A DNA stretch of 64,000 nucleotides from a virus, in IMG/VR virus record IMGVR_UViG_3300000318_000002, positions 1 to 64,000 of that record, one strand, 5' to 3'. How positions within the stretch are numbered: the stretch's first letter is position 1; every line of letters begins with the position of its first letter. Of the stretch, positions 56,846-64,000 are shown in pieces. The notes beneath the pieces are model-generated. The model worked only from the letters and a program-made list of their open reading frames with translations, did no database searches and had not been told where the DNA came from. Position numbers and translations under genes: made by a program.

Positions 56846-59800
56846 ATGAAAAACCCTCTCTTTTCCTCTTTCTCTCCTCAACAATTAAGATTTGCTATAG
56901 AGTATGAAATGCGATTCCGAGATGATCCTAAAATCGCGTCAGATATCGCAATCGGGCGTTTAACGGAAAACCCAAAATATTATGATCAGTTTGCAAAGAT
57001 GGAGAAAGCTCGTATTACAAAATATGTAAGACGTGAACCCGACGGTAAAGGCGGGTGGAAATATTTTTATAAAAATAATGTAAAAAAAGAATCAAAGGAA
57101 ATAGTTGAAGGTACTTCTGAATGGGCGGAAAGAATGTTTATTAATAAAGAAATACCAGAGGGATGGTACGTTCATGGAAGAAGTAGAGGACATAATGAGG
57201 ATTTGACTACAGGAGCAGTGACCCAATGTACTAAAAGATGGGATGTTGCAGAACATTATGGTCGGTCAGGTTCGATGTTCCTTATTCATCCAGATAAAAA
57301 TGCAAAAGTATTAGATCTTTCATCATCAAATACTAAAGATATGGATATGGTTGTAAATCTTTTTACTAATCAATATGTAAAAGATATAATGCCAGATGAA
57401 ATACAGGAATTATTTATTCCTTTAGATATGAAAAATGAATTAACTATAGAAGAAAAAAAAGAACATATTGAAAAAGTAGTAAGAAAAGAATTTTCTCCTA
57501 AAGATATCGTGAATTCGGCTGAAGCTTATGACAGTTTAGAGTTAATGGATTATTTTGATAGATTAAATATAGCAGATTTTGTAATAACTCCTGATGGTGC
57601 GGTGATAACTGGAGATTTGGATAAAATAAAAAAAGTAAAAATCCCGAATCATCAGCTGTTAGAGAAAGCCAATCAATTATCTATCGGAACGAAAATAGAA
57701 TCAGAACATAAAGAGACAGTTGATTTTATCCGTTCTTATGTTAAAAAAAATGGGAAGATGCCTCTTGATAAGGAAATATATAAACATATTTCGATGAATC
57801 ATACTGAAAAAGAAATGAAAGATTATTATACTCGATTGATTCAAATGGAGAAACAAGCCAAAAAAGATAAAAAGCGTCCTCAGATTGAAATAGATGTTAT
57901 AAAATTTCTTATAGATAATCCAAACCCTCCTGATTCAAAAATACATGCTTTTGCAGAGAGCAAAAGTCTTGATCCTTCAAAACTTGAAACAGTAGTCTAT
58001 CGGATAGCAACCGAAAGAGCAAAGATGAGTACAGATATGTTTAAAGCCCGTATCGTCAAATATATCCGAAAAGAACGAATGAAAGACGGTAAGTTCAAAT
58101 ATTATTACGCAGACGGTACGCACTCGACAACCGAAAAAGAAAAACCCTTTAATGTCGTAGAAGCTTTTAAAAATTTCTTTGGTCTATCTGATGAGAAGAT
58201 TGCAAAAGAAAAGATTAAAAAAGACTATTACGAACATAAAATTTCAGCAAAATATAATTTATCTTTACTCGGTTGGGCAGATCATCTTTCAGAATATTTT
58301 ATTCATAAAGATAAATGGGACAGTAAGTTTTCAAATAAAACTCCCGAAACAAAAGCGGATGATGCCAAAAAGGATACAAATGCCGAAAAGAAGGCTTCTA
58401 CACCTTCTGAAAAGCCTAAGTTTAATACCAACGCAATGAAAGAAATTTATGATCTTTATAATAAAAAGGCTGAAGAACCTATAAAAGAAACCGCCAAAGA
58501 GTCAGAGGCTATTGTCGAGCCTGTTAAAGAAACATCGGAACAAAAAGCAAAAGATATTCAAATATCAACTGCGATAAATACTGTAACTCCTGAAAACAGA
58601 AATGAAAAAGAAAATGAAATCCTTAATATCCCTGAACTAACAGAACCAGAAAAAGAAAATATAATAGAGCCAACGGTTGAATTTGTTCCTGATTATGAAG
58701 TAGTCTCTATCCCTGGATTAATAGTTGAAGGTAAAAATAACAGTCAACATTTATTAAAAAGTTATTTAAAAGTAAAGCCGAAAGATATTTTACTACAAAA
58801 TGAAAAAACTATTCTTACCAAAGAAAAACCATCATATATTCCTGAAGTTGATGAAAAATTTCTTAAAGGAGCAGGATTTGTTATTCCAACATACAAACTT
58901 GAAACTGACAAATATTTAATTCAGACTAATGCAAAACGGAAAGTATGGACAGAAGATAAAAAATGGCATATCGCAGGTGAAGATACTTATATTATAGTGA
59001 ATAGAGATGTTCTTGCAGCAACTTATGATTATTTTATCAAGAAAGCCAAGATGTTAAAGAAAGAAGAAACAAAAAAAAGACAAGAAAAATATCCTGATTA
59101 TAAAGTTACAGCAGAAAGAATTACAGTTTTAACCGATAAGAAAATGTCGTATGATCAACAACGAGTATTTTCTTATTTCATTCGGAATGTAACGGGTTTT
59201 TCTGGCGGTGGTTCAAAGTTCATGTGGGAAAAATATAAAGAAATAAGAGAAGATATTGCTCAAAAAACATCGGATATGGAAATACAGCTTGAAGATTATT
59301 ATAATGCTCATGCGAAAGGAAGAGAAACTTCATATGGAGATAAAGGAACAAATGATTCTCTTCTAAGCACTTTGGGAGTAAAAGTAAAAAGACAAAATGG
59401 CGCGGAGATTACATCAAAAGAAATAACCGAAATAAAAGATGCTGTTGATGACGTATTCTCTGTTTTTGGGAATAGATCTTCTATGGCTAAAAATTTTGGG
59501 TTGAAAATATCTCATGCTGGGGATAAGAATATGCACGCTCGGAACGCAGCAGGGATATTTATACCCTCTCTTAAGGTAATCGGCGTAACAACTCAATATG
59601 GAAATGGAACGACTGGATTTGTTCTTGCTCATGAATGGTCTCATTTTATGGATTTTTATGTTGGTGAAAAAAATGACAGACATTATATTTCCGATAATCC
59701 GAACCATGTTGCAGGCGAAATAGCAGATACGTTTAGAAAAAACATGAAAAAACAACAAAAATCTGCATACTATAATCGTACTTGTGAATGTTTCGCAAGA

Positions 59801-60049
59801 GCATTGGAGCAATATTGGGCTATTAAAACAAACAGTACAGATATACTTCAAAGATGGGATAGTTTAGGGACACATCCCGAAGAAAATATTTTTAAAGAAA
59901 AGGTAATGCCACTCATTGATAGATTTTTATCTGAAAATGACCAATTACTCAAAGCTTTTTTCAACGATAATTTCAATAAAAATAAAAATATCTTGATTAA
60001 ATCTTTTGATCGTGTAAAAGGTGTATTTGTTTACAGGAGAATGAAATAA
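56846..60049 (+). CDS. large polyvalent protein 2: DUF5661-like repeats, possible ART-like domain, C-terminal LPD1/zincin-like domain
   Basis: A..IA...L.ENPKYY; GTKIESEH...YYTRL; YVHGR; LAHEWSHFMD...YY....ECFARA.EQY. Confidence 0.75.
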   Translation: MKNPLFSSFSPQQLRFAIEYEMRFRDDPKIASDIAIGRLTENPKYYDQFAKMEKARITKYVRREPDGKGGWKYFYKNNVKKESKEIVEGTSEWAERMFINKEIPEGWYVHGRSRGHNEDLTTGAVTQCTKRWDVAEHYGRSGSMFLIHPDKNAKVLDLSSSNTKDMDMVVNLFTNQYVKDIMPDEIQELFIPLDMKNELTIEEKKEHIEKVVRKEFSPKDIVNSAEAYDSLELMDYFDRLNIADFVITPDGAVITGDLDKIKKVKIPNHQLLEKANQLSIGTKIESEHKETVDFIRSYVKKNGKMPLDKEIYKHISMNHTEKEMKDYYTRLIQMEKQAKKDKKRPQIEIDVIKFLIDNPNPPDSKIHAFAESKSLDPSKLETVVYRIATERAKMSTDMFKARIVKYIRKERMKDGKFKYYYADGTHSTTEKEKPFNVVEAFKNFFGLSDEKIAKEKIKKDYYEHKISAKYNLSLLGWADHLSEYFIHKDKWDSKFSNKTPETKADDAKKDTNAEKKASTPSEKPKFNTNAMKEIYDLYNKKAEEPIKETAKESEAIVEPVKETSEQKAKDIQISTAINTVTPENRNEKENEILNIPELTEPEKENIIEPTVEFVPDYEVVSIPGLIVEGKNNSQHLLKSYLKVKPKDILLQNEKTILTKEKPSYIPEVDEKFLKGAGFVIPTYKLETDKYLIQTNAKRKVWTEDKKWHIAGEDTYIIVNRDVLAATYDYFIKKAKMLKKEETKKRQEKYPDYKVTAERITVLTDKKMSYDQQRVFSYFIRNVTGFSGGGSKFMWEKYKEIREDIAQKTSDMEIQLEDYYNAHAKGRETSYGDKGTNDSLLSTLGVKVKRQNGAEITSKEITEIKDAVDDVFSVFGNRSSMAKNFGLKISHAGDKNMHARNAAGIFIPSLKVIGVTTQYGNGTTGFVLAHEWSHFMDFYVGEKNDRHYISDNPNHVAGEIADTFRKNMKKQQKSAYYNRTCECFARALEQYWAIKTNSTDILQRWDSLGTHPEENIFKEKVMPLIDRFLSENDQLLKAFFNDNFNKNKNILIKSFDRVKGVFVYRRMK

Positions 60050-63000
60050 ATGAAAAAATCCCTACTGAAAATTAAAGATAAATTTTTCATTAATATGGAA
60101 AAAGCTATTCCCGAATCAACATATGAACATTCTGATAAACTTGGAGAAGGGGCTAAAAAAAGAAAAAAACTACATTTAAATAAAGATAAATTTGACGCAG
60201 TTATGCATGAATTTAAACGTGGGACATTACGTTCTGGGTCAGGTGAACATGTAAAAGATCATAATCAAGCGGTTGCGATAGCAATGCATGAAAGTGGAAT
60301 GGCGAAAGCAGAATCTCCCGAAGTCCAGGCGAAGATTAAGAAAGTTATGGACGAATTTAAAGCTGGAAAACTAAAATCAAGTAGCGGACAAATAGTAACT
60401 GATCGGAATCAGGCTTTGGCTATCGCATATTCATATTTTAAGAAGGCAGATAACTCGATGACAAAAGCAAATGAATGTTCTTTTCTTGATGATGTCTATG
60501 CGGCAAAAGAAAATACCCTTATACCTTCAGATATAGATGTTTATCAACTCGCTATGGGAATACAAGTAGAGTTCGGGGAACATACAAATGATATCCAGAT
60601 TGCAATGCAAATAGCAATGGATCATCTTGAGGAAAATCCGGTATATTATACTAAATTGCAAGAATCAGGGCTTGTAGATGAAGTGTTGTTACATACCTAT
60701 GAAATATCAAATATTCTCCGTGGAGCATTACCATTTAATGCAGGGTTAGAGCCTATGGAGAAGGCAAGGATTACGAAATATGTAAGACGAGTTCCGAAGC
60801 CATCGGGAAAAGGTTATATTTATTTCTATAATAAAGCCGAATACGAACATTATAAAAAAACAGGAGAACTTCCAACAAAGCAAAAGTCTATTTTCTCTAA
60901 AATTATATCATTCTTTGGTCTTGGATCTGATAAAGAAGCCAAAGAAAAAATTGATAAAATGTATGAAAGCCATAAGACAGTTTTGACAGGTGTTGGGAAA
61001 GATGCTTTCACCGATCATGTCATAGAATATATAACAAACAAAGAAAAATGGGACAAAAAACTTTCAGCACCAAAAGCAGAGCGCAAAGAGTCAAAAGAAG
61101 GTGCTAAAAAAGAACCTACAGAAAAGAAAAAAGTAGTTAAGAAAGAAGGAAAGAAATTTAATATTTCTGTAATGCGTGTTGTTGCGGGGATAGTTAATGA
61201 GAAGGAAAATAAAAAACAAAATGCAGGATCAAAAGATAAAGACAACTTTGAGACTATGCCGAAAGATGAAAAGAAATGGTATGAAAATATATTAGAAAAA
61301 ATAGAAAATATTACCAATGAAGATGATAAAAGTGGATTAAAGGAATGGATATCTGATTGGACTAATACTAAAGGATCTGTTCGTAAATCGTTGGCAAAAG
61401 ATATTGAAGATAAATTGTCTAATATTCAAGGCAAAGAAGAAAAAAATAAATTAAAAGAAAATTTGTCTAACTCACGATTGAAAAAATTTGAAGATTCAGG
61501 GAAAGAAGCTTTTGAAACCACCAAGAAAGATTGGGTAGAGATGCAACGAGAAGAGCGGCGAATTATGGGGCAAAATGAAGGTAATGGGAATCCGAATGCT
61601 CCTTATTCTGATTACGAAAACTATCATAATGATTCTGTAAGACGTGCTATTGAAGAAGGTAAAACGGTTTCTCCTGAAGTGTTGAAGGATTATCCTGAAT
61701 TAAAAAAAGACAATAGCATAATCAAAGAAATTGATAAAGTCAAAGATGAGATAAAAAAACAAATAAATACAGAAGAAGATATCGAAGATGAAGAAACTAA
61801 ACTTCAAAAAGAATCAGATGAACATTTGAAACAAAAACCCGAAAAGGTAGAAAGACCTTCCGTTCTTGATAAGGGCGGAGATAATTTCTGGAATGGAAAA
61901 ATTTATGGTAATGAAAAATATGGTTTCAATATATATTTAAACAATGAAAAGGAAGTTATTCCTAAAAGTGTAGCCCAAAAATTAGAGCAATATGTTGAAT
62001 ATCGTCAAAAATTAAAGTCATGGAAAGAAAAACAAGAAACTATTGATAATAAACAACTTAAATTTAAAAATAAAAATGAACAACTACAACAAATAATTGA
62101 TAAGCCGATAGAACATATTAAGAAAATAGCTGAAGATAACTTTTTAACACAAGTTGATGGGATGTTTGTTAGTACTGATTATACGGGTGCAAAAACAATT
62201 ATTGTTGATGATGTAAAAGAACAAAAACTTATAGATCGTATGAAAGAATGGACTCCTAAAGATTTTAAAGAAATGTTAAAGGAGAGAATAGGAACAATTA
62301 CAAAAGAAAGCAGTAAAAAAGAAAATGAAGTTAATACTGTATTAAATAAAACTATAAATGATAGTATTGATAACGAGTTTGTAGAACATCTTAAAAATAT
62401 TGTTAAAAATCGTTTAATCGAATTGAAAGCAGAATCGCTCAAACAAAATAAAGATAAAGAGGAACAAGATAAAAAGAATAAACTTATACAAGAAAAAATT
62501 AATGAAGCTGAAAAGAAATATATCCCAGAAGGCTATTGGAATGGTAAAGTTTATGGACGTCATGGTAACTACAATATTTATGTAGATAATAAAAAAAGAG
62601 CTATAAACGATAATGTTGCTTTGGAGCTTATGGGGGGCGAAAAAAAATCAATGTCAAAAGCCGAAGAACTTGAAGATATGTTAAAAGCCAAAAAAGCAAT
62701 CACCGGGGAAGTACATACCTATAAAAACGGCAAGAAATATCGTAAAGAAGGCGATAAATGGGTACTCGTAACAAGTGGTAAGAACAAAGTCAAAGGGAAA
62801 CCGGAAGAGAAAAATAAAAAGAAAAAATCTAAAACTGGAGGAAAAAATAAAATATCTAAAGAAGATCGGAGTTTAATAAAAAATACTCTGAAACGAGTAG
62901 CTTCGGTAATTGCAGAAGCTCTTGCTGGTAAAAATCCCAATGCTCAAGCCGCACAGGGGATCGAACATACAGGAGAAGATTTAAAATCAAGTAGTCATAA

Positions 63001-63055
63001 AGGCTTAACAGAAAAACAAGTTGACAAAAATAATAATAATAACAATAAAAAATAG
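60050..63055 (+). CDS. large polyvalent protein 3: two DUF6496-like domains, DUF5661-like domain and charged helical regions
   Basis: VMHEFKRGTLRSGSG...QAVAIA and KVMDEFKAGKLKSSSG...QALAIA; MGIQVEFGEHT...IAMDHLEENPVYYTKL. Confidence 0.75.
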   Translation: MKKSLLKIKDKFFINMEKAIPESTYEHSDKLGEGAKKRKKLHLNKDKFDAVMHEFKRGTLRSGSGEHVKDHNQAVAIAMHESGMAKAESPEVQAKIKKVMDEFKAGKLKSSSGQIVTDRNQALAIAYSYFKKADNSMTKANECSFLDDVYAAKENTLIPSDIDVYQLAMGIQVEFGEHTNDIQIAMQIAMDHLEENPVYYTKLQESGLVDEVLLHTYEISNILRGALPFNAGLEPMEKARITKYVRRVPKPSGKGYIYFYNKAEYEHYKKTGELPTKQKSIFSKIISFFGLGSDKEAKEKIDKMYESHKTVLTGVGKDAFTDHVIEYITNKEKWDKKLSAPKAERKESKEGAKKEPTEKKKVVKKEGKKFNISVMRVVAGIVNEKENKKQNAGSKDKDNFETMPKDEKKWYENILEKIENITNEDDKSGLKEWISDWTNTKGSVRKSLAKDIEDKLSNIQGKEEKNKLKENLSNSRLKKFEDSGKEAFETTKKDWVEMQREERRIMGQNEGNGNPNAPYSDYENYHNDSVRRAIEEGKTVSPEVLKDYPELKKDNSIIKEIDKVKDEIKKQINTEEDIEDEETKLQKESDEHLKQKPEKVERPSVLDKGGDNFWNGKIYGNEKYGFNIYLNNEKEVIPKSVAQKLEQYVEYRQKLKSWKEKQETIDNKQLKFKNKNEQLQQIIDKPIEHIKKIAEDNFLTQVDGMFVSTDYTGAKTIIVDDVKEQKLIDRMKEWTPKDFKEMLKERIGTITKESSKKENEVNTVLNKTINDSIDNEFVEHLKNIVKNRLIELKAESLKQNKDKEEQDKKNKLIQEKINEAEKKYIPEGYWNGKVYGRHGNYNIYVDNKKRAINDNVALELMGGEKKSMSKAEELEDMLKAKKAITGEVHTYKNGKKYRKEGDKWVLVTSGKNKVKGKPEEKNKKKKSKTGGKNKISKEDRSLIKNTLKRVASVIAEALAGKNPNAQAAQGIEHTGEDLKSSSHKGLTEKQVDKNNNNNNKK

Positions 63056-63082
63056 GACAAGGATAAAAAGGAATAATCCAAA

Positions 63083-63265
63083 ATGCACATTGTAATTGAT
63101 AATCCGGTAATGTCAAAGTGTTCTTGTGGAAGCGTATATAAGGTTTCCAACCCTGATGAAGAAGTTATAAAAAATGTCAGGGCGGTATACGTTGATAAAA
63201 AGGCAAATTTGAGAAAAATACTTTGCCGTAAGTGTAAAACTTGGATAGAAGAAAAAATTTCTTGA
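63083..63265 (+). CDS. small zinc-ribbon protein
   Basis: KCSCG...LCRKCK; AAGGA RBS; directly upstream of the protease. Confidence 0.6.
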   Translation: MHIVIDNPVMSKCSCGSVYKVSNPDEEVIKNVRAVYVDKKANLRKILCRKCKTWIEEKIS

Positions 63266-63346
63266 CATTCTTCTAAATGAGTTTTTATTGAAACTGCTAT
63301 TGAAAGTCCGTTAAAGGAATAAGCATGAATACTAACGAAGGTATAA

Positions 63347-64000
63347 ATGTTATTCCGCGTAAACGGGTTTTACATCTCGAATCTACAGAAAGCAAAAGAC
63401 GATAAACTCGTTACTGTTGATATAATCGCAAATCATCTTACCGAAGACCAAGATAATGAAGTCGTTCTCAAAGAAGCCTTTGACGATGATACGGTCAAAG
63501 AATTTCTCGATATCGGCGTTATCGAATTTTGGCATGAATCAAAAAACGAACTTCTTACCAAAAAAGAAAAAAATGATAATCTTATAGGTCGCCCCGTAGC
63601 TTTTCGTTGGGAAAATGGGCTTCCGGTTGTTACTGCGACACTTTCAAAAACTCATCCTATCGTACAGTCAATGATGCCTCATCTTGAATCGCAAAATCCT
63701 GTATACGCCGCTTCAATAGGCGGTTCTAAAGTCGTACTCGAAGCAAAAGATAATTCGGGTGAAATACATAAAATAATCCCCAAAATACGTTGGGATCATC
63801 TTGCTATAGCTCCTCAAAATATGGTCGTGAACCGTGAACCTGGAATAAATGTCAAGATGCTTGAAAAAGCAAAATCTATATATAATTTTAGCAATTTTAC
63901 TACTCTTGCAAAAGCTCTTGAAGCCCCCGGTTCGGTAGACGCTCTTTATTCAACTCCCGGCGGTGCTATTACCAAACAATCTCTTGAAAAAAGTATTTCC
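63347..64000 (+). CDS. prohead (capsid maturation) protease, partial (runs off window)
   Basis: Manual translation MLFRVNGFYISNLQKAKDD...EDQDNEVV...GVIEFWH...IGRP...AASIGG...DHLAIA...VVN; His/Ser motifs of HK97-type maturation proteases. Confidence 0.8.
   Translation, partial: MLFRVNGFYISNLQKAKDDKLVTVDIIANHLTEDQDNEVVLKEAFDDDTVKEFLDIGVIEFWHESKNELLTKKEKNDNLIGRPVAFRWENGLPVVTATLSKTHPIVQSMMPHLESQNPVYAASIGGSKVVLEAKDNSGEIHKIIPKIRWDHLAIAPQNMVVNREPGINVKMLEKAKSIYNFSNFTTLAKALEAPGSVDALYSTPGGAITKQSLEKSIS

Overview
AT-rich 64 kb segment of a large tailed dsDNA bacteriophage or prophage, read in the standard genetic code; no host housekeeping genes were recognised. Order along the window: end of a tail-fibre-like gene and lysis genes (C39-like peptidase, holin); a replication/recombination module (DUF669 SSB, Sak4-like ATPase, Cas4-like nuclease, PIF1 and SF2 helicases, Prim-Pol/PriCT-2 primase, two DNA methyltransferases, exonucleases); accessory genes (RtcB, guanylate kinase-like protein, SLT, tyrosine recombinase, ThyX); and a probable origin (51-bp palindrome plus 12 mirror-arranged 8-bp iterons). 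A head module follows, broken up by accessory clusters: TerS, TerL, portal, MuF-like protein, three ~1000-aa multidomain proteins and a prohead protease. The best candidate for a new system is the trio of giant proteins. Their domains (zincin peptidase, NT5C nucleotidase, pyrophosphatase-like, ADP-ribosyltransferase-like, DUF5661-, DUF6496- and LPD1-like) are separated by recurring (L/M/F)-x(0-1)-K-(A/S) motifs that also flank the prohead protease itself. Four segments start with a shared ARITKYVRR...KYFY tag. This suggests capsid-packaged polyproteins cut into effectors by the maturation protease. Other oddities: an unannotated 46-aa NrdD glycyl-radical mini-protein, a tRNA-Leu-like RNA with an aberrant core, a repeated hairpin with compensatory base changes, and two combinatorial tandem-repeat proteins. 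All family assignments come from motif recognition by eye, not database searches.
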